Source: Intoshia linei (Eukaryota > Animalia > Orthonectida). Taken from it: a stretch of 64,000 nucleotides of DNA. Shown here one piece after another: positions 13,091 to 25,619 of this stretch (position 1 is the stretch's first letter; the number at the start of each line of letters is the position of its first letter). A program made the translations under genes and the position numbers. The DNA lies in the NCBI GenBank assembly GCA_001642005.1, contig LWCA01000032.1, forward strand, positions 8,357 through 72,356, read 5' to 3'. The notes below the pieces were generated by a model. The model saw only the letters and a program-made list of their open reading frames with translations, was not told the origin of the DNA and did not search any database.

Positions 13091-13906
13091 TGTAAGTTAA
13101 AAATTCTTACTTACCATGGATAAATGAACAGTGTTCATTGAACACTCAATATTTGCGATATTTACTGTTCATCTCAGACAGACATGTATCCCACTCATAT
13201 AATTGTATTGTAAATAAAATCCTTGAAAGTGATAACCTAAATATGAACATGAAGCCTCCATAGATACATACGCATCGCAACATTAAAATAAATTGAACAA
13301 AAACATACATTTTTGTTTTTAAGCGTAACAAATAATACGTTCTTGTTAGTTTTTATGTTGATAATGTGCGTAATAAATATAGATGAATATATACGCTTAT
13401 TCAAAATTACTTAAAACTATATTGCATGTTATATAAAAACTATACACGTTTACGTTCGTATATGTATTTATCCAAATTACGTCTACTTTAAATTTTATGT
13501 GGTTGTATATGGAATTTATTATAAATAATTTTATTTTAAAATCGTTTAAACATTTGAAAGGCTAAACGTTATTCAATATACTGAAATTCAGAGGTAATTT
13601 TTTAAATAATGAAGAATATTTATTAATCGAAAAATAACAGTAATATACTATAAAATTAATTGTTCAGGTATGTTGTTAAAAGAAGAGAACCACTGCAGTG
13701 CACTTATGTATATCGAATAATGAGAATTTGTACATAGTGTATCTCATTTTACTGTAGGGTTGTTTTAAGTCTGTAGTTGCAAAATTTTGAGTAGTTATAA
13801 AAAAATGCTAGCAGATAATTTTATATTATATTTAACCAAACAATTTATTTGGAAGTTAAAATTTAATTTGTAAACAAATGAATTCTGTTCACATATCAGT
13901 CAATTA

Positions 13907-14432
13907 CAGTCTAAGTCCTTATGAACGGAATTGAAAATTCCGTTATTCCGTTAATATGGAAGTTCCTCCATAGTAACACACTTGTTAATGGAATTTAATT
14001 TTTTACATAAAAACTATTAAATGGTCATATTTCTTGTTATTATGAGTTTTTGAATAATACATGACTAAGTAATATATAAAAAACATTATCAACGGGTCCA
14101 TACGGATTCCTGGGGTTCACATCAGTTTTTTGGAGGTCCGTGAATAAAATTTTATTAATTTTAAATTATTTACAGAAATAAAATAAAGCGTAAAATAATA
14201 TAATGACATTTCCGCAATGATAGTCATTATTTTTAAATACATCATCTAATTTAATATCTATTAAAAATTTGATAAAAATTGTAATAAATTGATTCTTGAG
14301 CTTTAGAGATAAAAAATTTTATTAACGCAATTTTTTGTTTGTGCAAATTCGTTAATAAAAAATAAATAATTCAAAATTCCGTTTAAATGGAATTTCCGCT
14401 AACAAAAATTCCGTTAATAAGGACTTTTACTG
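13907..14432. mobile_element. Tc1/mariner-type MITE
   Basis: TIRs CAGTCTAAGTCCTTATGAACGGAATT / AATTCCGTTAATAAGGACTTTTACTG, with repeated TTCCGTTA motifs inside. Confidence 0.6.
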
Positions 14433-14919
14433 CATAATAATTAAAGACAAATAGAGATTATACGATAATATTTTAGAAAAAAATTATATCCCAAATGTAA
14501 CTGTGGAAACGGTTATATTAAGGAAATTTTTTTTCAACATGGTGTTTAGTTGTAAAAATTTCTTATAATAACGCCTGATTTACTAATTTGAATTTAGACG
14601 ACATTAACAGTATAGTCGATATATTTTAGTTTTTCCGCAATGTTGAGTGCATTAATTGTAAATAAAATATATAACGGTTTGTATTGTTAATTTTTAGACT
14701 TATGAAACTTTTGTAACGTTTTATTTTGTTTCTAAATTGAAGATAACGTTTTTAAAACAAATATATAGCTATAAAATTTTAAAATTAAGTCAACTCTAAT
14801 TTACTCAGATTGGTTTTATCGTGCTCTGTTAAATATTGGTATGTGAGCTAATTTTGGTAAAAACAATAATAATTTTGTATAGTAAATAAAATAAAAAAAA
14901 TAGAGAATAATTTATCAAA

Positions 14920-17900
14920 ATGAATTTTAAAGTGGTCGATGGTATAATGGAGTATAATTTAACAATTGATACAAAGCAGGATATTGTAACTTCAACAATG
15001 CCACTCATTAAGGATATTAAACCAAATTGGAATAATCTGGATTATAAGGTATTTTGTGGTGATTTTATATTTTCATCTAAAGTTTTGTATATACATTATA
15101 TTGTACATGTTATGTATATATGTATGTATATATATATTTTGTACTTTCTCAATGCTGAATAAAGTTGCACAGAAAGCAGTTGTATTTACTAAAATATTTG
15201 TTTTTACTGTATGATGAAATATTTTACTAAAATGTATATTTTTTGAGGTGAATTTTGAAATGGGATCCGTACACAATTTGAATCTGGAACCACTGTTTTA
15301 GAGTATTTATTTTATTTATAGATACCAACAGACGGAATAACGAATAAATTAATCGTTTGGTATGAAAAAGTTGATGAAAAGAGTGAAAACGCCGTTATAA
15401 TAAAGATATATGGTGAAAAAAGTGACAGAATAATTAACCGTAAAATGGAAATTAATTACAAAAAGTATATACATGCGAAAAAGTTTGATAAATATTCAAA
15501 AATTTTTGCAATATTTACTAATGGATATGCATATGAATACTGCCCAGGAGAATGTGTTTCATTGGCAGAATCCAAATCACCTGAAATTAACGAGTTTATT
15601 TTATATTTAATTCTTTAGTAGCGTAATAGGTTTAGTACAGTTGAACCCCTTTAAGGCAAACCTAGTTAATTCAAAATTATCACGATTTAAAATTTTTATA
15701 CAGTTTATACAGTGACTAGTTTATTGCAAAATGTTTAAATTAAACTGTATAAAAATATTAATATAAATATATAATTTATACAAATAATTTAATTGACTTT
15801 AATTTAAGTCATATTTTTGATACATTTTGTTATACGATACCACTTAAAAATGCAAATTTACAAAAATTTATCATTTTGACTTAAAAAGGTAGCACGGTAT
15901 AACTCAAAAATAAAATTATAGGAACTTATTCGTTACTAGATATTGAGTAATAGAAGTAACTTCAATAGTATATTAATATAAGCTTATATATCATACATGA
16001 TATAATTAAGAAAATGCATTAATACAATTTATTCAGCTAAAGAATTTTATTGTAACCTATATGACCATTAGGGTGTCACACGTTTCTAAAAATCAAGATA
16101 ATTAGTTCTGAATCTGTAAATGTATGTAATGTTAAGAATAGTTCACTATAAAAATATATAAAAAATAATTTGACGTAGGCCCTGCATCGTAGGGTGATCA
16201 TTTTAAATTTATATAATCCTTACTTATATAATATGATATGCAATATTTTTTTATGTGTATGTGTTACCGTTTATTTCCACAACTATCAGTATTAGAATTT
16301 TATAAAATCCAAATTTCAATTAAAATTTTTCCGGGGGTGTTAGCAAAATAAACCTCCAAATAAATTTCAACCTCCTAAACTCACATCTTACGTACTAAAA
16401 AGCCCAATTGTCCTTTTTTTTGAAAATCAAACGAGTTGGAAAATTTAAAAAAATACTCTGATACTGATTTTAAAATCATAAATATTATCATAAATTTAAA
16501 TTTGAAAATAATATAAATTGAAATATAATATAAAATGAAAACAGCTCTAATTAAAAAAAATTTACAGGTGGACCAGTTGTATCCTGTTAACACACAAAAA
16601 ATTCCAATCTGAATAAGTGACGCCTTCACAGTCAAAAAAGCATTTTAGTATTCATATATTTTTTTTCCGAAATATTTTATTACTATTGTTACTATTACGA
16701 TAACAATTGTTTTTAAAATTCTTTACGCAAATCTTTACAAAAAAATTAAGATGGAATAATTCACTTTAAAGTAAAAAGTAGTGTGATATGACGGTTCCAC
16801 CTGAAACAAGTTTGGGAACCACTCCTTTAAAGATTGATAAGAGTGAATAGTAGGATTTTTAAGTTAAGATATTCAACGTGAATTTATTTTTTTGGGTAGA
16901 ATAAAAATGTGTCTTCGACAGAGCTAGGTGCTGTTTGTACGTGGTACATAACATTCAACCTAGTTTAACATATATAATATAAAACGGACTTCAACTTAAT
17001 AAATTCATAACCAACATAAACTTTCATGATAATTTCTTGATAATATTTTTAATGAAATATTTCAAGTGATAAACGCGACTAGAATAGATAGCGTTAAATC
17101 TTTTTGATTGCAAAATAGTCTTTATATTTTAAATACACACATTAGTGCTAATTTCTCATCAAATGCTCAAAATTTCCAAAAATGTGACACCCAAATCAGG
17201 GGCGGATCCAAGAGGCTAGTTAATGGGATGCGAGCGAAGCGAGTAATATATTTAACTTAACCGAAGTCGAAAAATTTTTTAGGGGCGTCTCTTTTAATAT
17301 CAAGGCGTCTAGTTTGATTTTAAAGCGTCTTTTTAATTTCATTTAAAGGTTGTTATACAATAGTTTTTAAATTTCTATTTTTTCACAAAAATAAAAAAAC
17401 TGATCAGCACAAAAAAAAAAAAAATTAATTTTGTTCATTAAATAATCCTAAATCAATTAGGTTCAGTCTTTTTGAATGAAGTATTGCAAATTAATTAACC
17501 AAACTTTCAATATCAAAATTATAGTCATAGTGGCAATTTATGAGGGCCAGTTCACATAACAAAAGGTCTCAAGTCACATGATCAATTGTTCATGTAATGA
17601 CATGTAATGTTATGCGCCATCTATATTGTTTTAATAAATTAAAATCTTTTTCAGTTATTTTACAAAACATTAATTAAAATTTTTTTTAAAAAATTTAGGG
17701 GGTGCAACTGCACCTTCTTCACCTTTTGAATCCGCCTTGCAAATGACTTCAATGAAGTCACCGCATATATACTTCACCCATATATAAAATATATTATTAT
17801 TCGTTTAAAATTTTTCATGGCTCCCTTATGGACCTCAATAATCTCATATCTTTTCAAAGACTACTAGTCGTGTGAACCACTTTCTAGACCAGCCCTATCA

Positions 17901-19328
17901 GTCATTATCTTGAGTAGGTTTGATTTTCATTTACTGTGTTTTGTTTAGTAATATTTTTTAAATGTATGATGTTGATCTTCCATTATAATTATTGAAAATT
18001 ATTAATTATAAATATAGATTAATTGCGAAAAACATGGCACGAATGCACTCACAAATATCAATAGAATTTTTTAATTCACCTAAAATAGTTCCAACAAGCC
18101 AATTACCAATTTTTAAACGCATTTCTAGCCTATTGAACCACTTGAAAGACGTTTGGATGTAATTTTTGTCATTGAAACAGGGGTCGTATAAGTGGTTATG
18201 AAATATTTTTGTTTATATTGTTTAGCGTGGTGTGGAGTACCAACTGGGTACTACAAATTGTATTTTTACTTTTTACTGAAAATGGGGCACGCGACAAAAA
18301 ACATTTACGACCCCTAATTTTAGAGTAATTTTAATTTATTTCAGAGATGACATCATAATATTAAAAAAAGTGAGGAATGAATTTAGTCATCTAGAACTAA
18401 AAATGCAAGGTGAATGGCCAGTTGTTATGTGTCATAATGATATTTTGTTGAATAATATTGTAATTTCTCCGGAAAGAGGTATTTTTTTTCACTTTTACTT
18501 TTATTTGTATTTTCTTTTAGATAGTGCATCTTTTATCGATTATGAATATGCATTTCCAAATGTTTTCATTTTTGACATTGCAAATTATTTTAACGAATTG
18601 TGTGGTAATTTTTTTGTAATTTCAACTAGAATCTAGTTACTAGATCAGGGGTGCACAACCTGTGGCCGTCGACAATCCATGTAATCACAATGCAATATGT
18701 CATTTTACTTCAAATTTTGACTTTGCCCACTTTCTCAAAATGGATTTAAACTCTCTCAATGTCAAATTAAATTTTGTGCGGCCGTAGTATCAATGAGTAA
18801 AGTAGCTTTGCGGTTGAATTGGTGGAAAGGTTGTGTACTCCTGTACTAGATGAACTATTTTATTTTAATTACAAATAGGTATTGAAAATATCGATTATTC
18901 TCTATATCCGTCCCGTGAATTTATGGTAGATTGGATAAAGTGTTATATTAAACATCGAAAAATATTCGATTCAAATAGTCGAGATAACTTGGATTTAAAT
19001 TTTGTTATTAATTACTTGAAGCATTATACAATGGTATTTTTTTGATAATATTTTATGAATCTTGGCATTTAATGTAGAATCGCTAGACAGAATTCATGAT
19101 ATTTTATCTACAAATTTCATTTATTTTTTAGTATTCATTAGTTATTTAGTTATCTCACTTATTTTGGATGGTTTGGGCTATGGTACAATCTACCATATCA
19201 GAGATTAGCTTTGATTATCACAAGTAATTTATTAATTGTTTTAAACATAAATAAACTCGTATAATTTTAGGTATGCTCTCGAACGATATAATCAATTTTT
19301 ATTATATTTATTTGAAAATTCCCAATAA
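14920..19328 (+). CDS. ETNK1: Ethanolamine kinase (choline/ethanolamine kinase family), 8 exons
   Basis: Exons 14920-15048, 15322-15593, 18018-18158, 18345-18478, 18521-18604, 18879-19033, 19150-19223 and 19271-19328 join in frame. Motifs: DGITNKL, IKIYGE, F.NGYAYEY, Brenner motif CHNDILLNNI, choline-kinase motif FIDYEYA...FDIANYFNE, SHLFW.VWA.VQ, FDYHKYALERY. Confidence 0.9.
16217..16963 (+). mobile_element. Non-autonomous Helitron-like element
   Basis: Starts A|TCCTTACTTATATAATATG and ends with hairpin CTAGGTGCTGTTTGTACGTGGTACATAACATTCAACCTAG|T. Inserted between A and T with no TSD. Confidence 0.8.
17197..17739. mobile_element. MITE with CAGGGGCGGAT termini and 5-bp TSD
   Basis: CAGGGGCGGATCCAAGAGG ... 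CCTTTTGAATCCGCCTTG flanked by CAAAT on both sides. Confidence 0.7.
18646..18843. mobile_element. hAT-type MITE (family A, internally deleted)
   Basis: CAGGGGTGCACAACC / GGTTGTGTACTCCTG with a perfect 8-bp TSD TACTAGAT. Homologous to 1435-1999. Confidence 0.85.
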
Positions 19329-19843
19329 ACATTTTAATTTAATCTTCATTGAGTTTTACTGGTTTAATCGAACTTTATCTTCCGCTAACTTCAACCTATG
19401 AAATAGATCCTATGTTATGGTACGATATGTTGTTTATAGATTTTGAATATATTAGTATTCACCACTACAAGAGTAACGATATAACTATCGTCTACGATTC
19501 AATTTAGCGACTGAATGAATTATGTTAATTTAAAATCGTATTTAAATCTTATGTTTGATATATAAGATTCTAGTAGTATACTATTGAAAGTAATTACAAG
19601 TCCGCCGTAGAGATGGATAGGGACATTATGACATTATACATCATTAGATTTCTTATTTTTAATTCGATGGAATATGCTCCGTCGCTGGTTCAAAGAGTCA
19701 AATCGTCACTGCGTTAAACTGAATAGAATACTTACACTCATAACATTTGAACTAATATTTTGAGCTTGGTGAAAATAAAAAGAATTACAACTAGACGTGA
19801 TGCTTTATTTCAATATTACAATAAAAATGAAAGTTAGCTATTA

Positions 19844-22800
19844 TTATTTGAGTAAAGCTTTAATTGAAGCAGAAAAGTCTCCGCTAACATCACCCTATTT
19901 TAATATTTAATATTAATATAATATAATTTTAATATCCTTACATATATAATATGCTACGCGATTTTTTGTGCGTGTGTTCCACTTTATTGAAATAACTATC
20001 AGTCTTAGAATTGTATAAATTCCACATTCAATTACGGTTTTTCTGGGACGTATAATAAGATAGATTTCAACATCCCGAACTCACATCTTACGGGTCCTAA
20101 AAAAAATGTGCCCTCGGCAGAGCTAGGTACTGTTTGTACGTAGACATAACAGTCAACCTAGTATTATTACATAAGCAATGATTATTTTTTTTAACAGTCA
20201 AATTTTATTTCCTCTCGATAGTTGAAAAAATTAGACATAAAAAGGGTCAAAAATTATATATAATTTTAAAACTAAATAATTACAGATACATCTTTCCACA
20301 GGCTAGTTCCGTATAAATTTTTGTATTCAATTTTGGTTAATTCAATATCTTGTTCTCTCATGTACACCAAATTGCGAATTAGCATTTTTTCGTTTGTGCC
20401 AAGAAACTGTTTTTAATTTATATATATTATTAGTAATAATAAATAATATGCTAATTTAAAATTACACGAATTGATTTTTTAATTCTTCTGGAAAAAAATT
20501 CACCTTTCGATACAGCATATGCTACTAAATAAGTAATTTTAAACTAATTTTATAATATTTTGCACACATGCGTAAAGCGTACGCTGTGTTGTCAAAACCA
20601 CTAACAGATTATCAATTTTTAGTTTAATTTGATAACAGTAAATGATTCATCAATAAGATGGATTCAATATTACCAATAAGATTGTATCCAACTCTTAAAT
20701 CACCAGACATTTCATTTTTAATGGCGTAATGTAAACCGTGGGACTTTAGTATTTTATATTCGTTATCAATCAGTCGAATGTGGTTGTATGAACGTGTCGC
20801 CAAAATGGCATGTATAGCTAATTCGTCTGTACCCATTCTATCTTCACCAGCTTCAAATATTGCCTTTAAAAACTTTTCAAATTCATCAATGAAAAAAATA
20901 TACCTTTGCATCTTCGATTGCCCTACTTGCGTCAACGGTATTGTCTCGAAATCCCTATTATAATTATAATATGTTTATTAATAAAAGAAAAATTTATATA
21001 ATAGATATAACGCTACTGTTAGAGCGTGTAGTTGGACTGAACTGGGTATTTAGAATATTTCAAAAATATGAATCATAATTTATGATACTGGATAATTATA
21101 AAATGAGTTTTACTAATGGGATAAAACAAGCTGCCGTATCGCAGGAATAATTATAATTATTATTCATGTAAATTGTATATATAAGTTTTTTTCAAGTTTC
21201 CTAACCACATTAACGACATCTCACCACTTTAAAGGTGAATAAGTCAATGTTGGTCACTAGTGGCGAGTTGAAATAATAAATGATTATCAGATGCGTTAAT
21301 GTAATCGAATTTTTTAAATAATATAAAAATTACTATTAAAAGTGATTTTAATAATCGTTTTAAATCTTTACTATTGCATATACTCAATACTTCTGATTCC
21401 AAATCTTTGCCATAAACTAAATTATTTGATAATTAACTAGCTAAAAAATAGTTGAGATTAATAGAGATTTAAATAAATACATAAGTAACATTTTAAGCAT
21501 TTTATATTGGTCGTAAAAATAACACTTTTTTAACGTTGCAATTTATGATAATGTTTATAATTTTAAAAACTATGCTACAATTTATGTTGTATAAAGTTCT
21601 AGGATTTTTTTTATTTTCACAGCATATGGTAATTTGTGGGTTTGGCCTTAAAGATTAAATATTTTGAAATTGAAATTTATCATAATATTGATGATTTTAT
21701 AATCTTTATAAGCTTATGAATTTGTTATAATTCTATAAATCGTTTGATTTTTCAAAAAAAAATTAGAGTTTTTAACCCTGAAGACTCAATCTTTCAAACT
21801 TAAATTTGCTATAAAATCTAATCGACATAACGTTAGTATTGAAAAGTGGTGTTTTTAAAACTCTATGCCTCCTATTTTGTTAAATAAATTAGAATAAATA
21901 AACAGACATACATTTTTAACTAAATTACTTTATGTAAATAATGTATGTATGTATTATAAGTAAATATGTATAATAATATTTTCTAATATGCTACATTACC
22001 GATCTTGTAAAATTTTTTCAGCTCTAGGATAGATTTTTCTTCACTTTGTACCAATACTTCAATTACAGCAGGTAATTCCTTATCCTAAATTTTTTTTAAT
22101 ACTAGAACTATTTTCATTTAAAAAAGGTAATTTTGGTTTTGGACCGTGAAGGTCTCGCAGTCCGAGAATAAAATTTTCGATAAAACAACAATCTCGAAAA
22201 ACCTGTGTTAAAAATTGGGTTTTTATAATAAAACGGTAACGCACACTCATAAAGTAAAAGATTAAAAAATATTTTCATAAATATAATTTATAATGACATC
22301 TCAGCTTATTTAATTATGCCAAATTAATTTGATTTGTTTTAATTAACTTTTTTAGCATATATACGAAGTACATGGCCAATGGCCATATTAGTATATTTCT
22401 ATTGTCGATTTTGATACAAAAATTTTAAGGATCGGGTCATATACAGATGACTATATATTTATTTACGATAATAATTTATCATTTTGTATTATTGTCCTTA
22501 CTTATATAATATGCTTTGCTATATTTGTTTGTCTGTGTGTCTTATTATTTATGTCAATAACTAGAAATCTTAGAATTTTATAAAGACCACAATTCAATTA
22601 CAGTTTTTTCTGGGAGTGTTAGCAAAATAAATTTCAACCTTTCAAATTCACATCTTACGGGTCAAAATCCCCAATTGTCCCTCTTTTTGAAAATCAAACG
22701 AGTTGGAGAATTTAAAAAAATATATACTCTAATACGGATTTTAAAATCATAAAAATTATCATAAATTTAAATGTAAAAAAATATATCTTCAGGGCCAAAA

Positions 22801-24027
22801 CCACAAATTACCTTTTTTTTATTTATGAAAAAGCCCTAGAATTTAAAAAAATTTATAGGTGGTACAGTTGTATCCTGTTAACAATTGTTTTTAAAATTCT
22901 TTACGCAAATGTTAAAAAAATATTAAGATGGAATAATTCACTTTAAAGTAAAAAGTAATGTGATATGATGGTTCCACCTGAACAAAATTTGGGACCACTC
23001 TTTTAAAAGATTGATAATAGTGAATAGTAGGATTTTTAAGTTAGATTTTCAACGTGAATTTATTTTTTAAGTATAATAAAAATGTGCTCTCGGCAGAGCT
23101 AGGTCCTGTTTGTACGTAGTATGTAAATTTATTTTTTGGTAGTATAAAAATGTTCCCTCGGTAGAACTAGGCTACGGGGATTGATAATAGTGAATAGTAG
23201 AATTTTTAAGTTAGATTTTCAACGTGAATTTTTTGATATAATAAAAATTGCCTTCAGCAGAGCTAGGTGCTGTTTGTACGTAGTACATAACAGTCAACCT
23301 AGTTATATTATATTATTGTTAATATTACCTTGATTGCATTATGAATAACATATGCGTGATGATTTTTTGTCGCCATTATAATTTGTTGCATTAATTCCAG
23401 AAAACATCCACTTATTTCACTTTTCAAAACATCTTTTAAGCTCTTTAATATATAATAATATTATCAATTTATTGAATAAATTTTATCATGTAAATCAATT
23501 TCACGGGTGATCTAATCACGGGACATAATAAATATTATGAAAGAACATGAAAGAATGTCAAAAGTGATAACATATCACTGATAATCAAAGTGAAATGAAT
23601 GTATTTGAAAAAAATTGAAAACCACTGAGGTAATAATTCATTAATCTAGTGGCTATCACTGATATTTACTTTTAGTAAATTTCATTTACCTTTCCATAAA
23701 CGCTCTCATAAGTTTTTACAATTTTGATGATATGATCTTTAGGTCTATTACAGAGTATTGATATAATTTTTGCTTCATTTGTGCCTAATTCATAGTATAA
23801 AGACACTTAATTAGAATAATAGTAGAAAAATCGTAATTAATAGACACAAATTATTAATTTCTGAAATACAATTTAGTATAATTTGCATTACCTAATCCTT
23901 GACAAGCTTCATAAATTTTTGCTGAATCTGCAGTTGCATCAAAAGATTGTTCGGAAGATTCCTAAATTCACATTTACAATAAAATTTTTTCAATACTAAT
24001 ATTAACAAATTCAGAAATATATACCAT
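19844..24027 (-). CDS. Annexin (four repeats, very short N-terminus), ~11 exons
   Basis: ATG-only exon 24027-24025, then exons near 23961-23892 (FDATADSAKIYEACQGL), 23785-23690 (GTNEAKIISILCNR), 23443-23329 (SLKDVLKSEISG), 22085-22000, 21417-21331 (YGKDLESEV), 20956-20902, 20865-20673 (AGEDRMGTDE..ILATRSY..NEMSGD), 20524-20467, 20407-20285 (LGTNEKMLIR..YGTSL) and 19894-19844 (DVSGDF). Confidence 0.9.
19935..20161 (+). mobile_element. Short non-autonomous Helitron-like copy (annexin last intron)
   Basis: Same TCCTTAC 5' end and hairpin-CTAG 3' end as 16217-16963, with most of the interior deleted. Confidence 0.8.
22495..23302 (+). mobile_element. Non-autonomous Helitron-like copy with a repeated 3' terminus
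   Basis: TCCTTACTTATATAATATGC 5' end. The subterminal GAGCTAGG/GAACTAGG segment occurs three times (~23095, ~23165, ~23260). Ends AACCTAG|T. Confidence 0.8.
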
Positions 24028-25619
24028 TTTGTGATGTTTCAAATTAAATGACACTATAAAATTATCAAATTACAATTAAATCAATATTGGTAGTATTACC
24101 TTAACAACTTTTTAGGTATTAATTAGATCAATTCTTAAAAAAGTAAATTTGAAAATGCACCCTTTTTTATTTATTTTAGTATTCAAAATACTAATTATCA
24201 CATTCTGTATTTTTATTTGTTTTTAGAATGTAGTGACTTACTTTACTAATATTTAACCAAATTTTCATTTTTCACTTCAAACACCTGATAATTCTCTTGT
24301 AATTTATTCTATTAGATTTGAAATTATTTAAAAATGTATAATGAAGGTGAAATAACAAAAATTTTTTGGGTCAAAATTAAATTAACCCATTATTGAGCAT
24401 GGTGGCTATATGTGTGGTTATAACCAGTTTACCCACTTCTAGTATTCCAAAACTATTAGAAATTTTGAATATCTTAAAATTTGATATAATTTAAAATGTG
24501 CATATTTTTAAAATACATTTCAAAAATTGTCATGTTAGGTCAAGTATAAAGGGGTCGTGACTAATCGATTAATAAAGTGTTTCTAAATTTTTACATTAAC
24601 TGCTATGCTCAATGTAGAATAATTCAATTAGAACATTATTATAATAATTATTTATATAATAATACAAATAAATTGAATAATAAATATATAAATTATAAAT
24701 AATTATTTATTGTTAAAATATAATGTACATTACGATTTTAAAAATTAATGATAACACTATTAAATACATTGCTTGAATTGATGAAAAATTATGACTAAAT
24801 TTATTTAACACCATTTTAATAGTGACTATTAATCATTAATATCAAAAGGATTTAGGTTGACTCATTATTGTGACTTATATGTATATAAATTTATTTAAAT
24901 GTATTTATATATATATTTTGTAATTATCAAAACTTATACATAATTATAAAGTATTTTAGTTAAAAATTTATTTCCGTTTATATATTTATTTTTTTGTTCC
25001 CATTTATTTACAGAAATAGAGTCCTTCAAGGTCAAACACCTCAATTATCTTTTTTTTAAAATTCAAACGGATTAGAATTATAGACAATTGAAAATCTGAT
25101 AGATTTTAAAAAAATCAAAATTATAATAAATTTTAATTTCAAAATCTTATATATTCACTGCCAAAACACCAAATTACCCTTTTTTAAAAAAATGAAAATA
25201 AATAAAGTGCTAAAATTTAAAAAGAAACAACAGTTGATAGTTATTTCCAGTTAACACACACAAAAAAATTTCAACATGAAAAAGTCACACCTTCACGGTC
25301 AAAAAATCACTTAACTATTCATTTTTATTTATTTCGAAACTAATTTTATTAACAACAACTTATTAATTAATCTTGTAAAATAAAAAATTTGAAATAACTA
25401 ACGGTTCTACATAACAGTCCACCTAGTATAAATACATATACGTATATATAAAATATTTATAAAAAATATTAATATAAATTTAAAAAATGTATGTAAAAAA
25501 ATAAATAATTTTTATTTTTAAATAGATTTATAATGAAAAACGTGAAATATAATGAAATTAAAGTATTAACATTTAAATTTTTTTTAATGTAAATTAACAT
25601 TTAAAAAATAAACAATTAA

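Larger units (their letters stand above)
16069..17742. mobile_element. hAT-like MITE hosting two nested insertions (ETNK intron 2)
   Basis: TIRs TAGGGTGTCACA / TGTGACACCCAA; TSD-like ATGACCAT/ATGACTTC once the nested element at 17197-17739 is removed. Confidence 0.6.
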
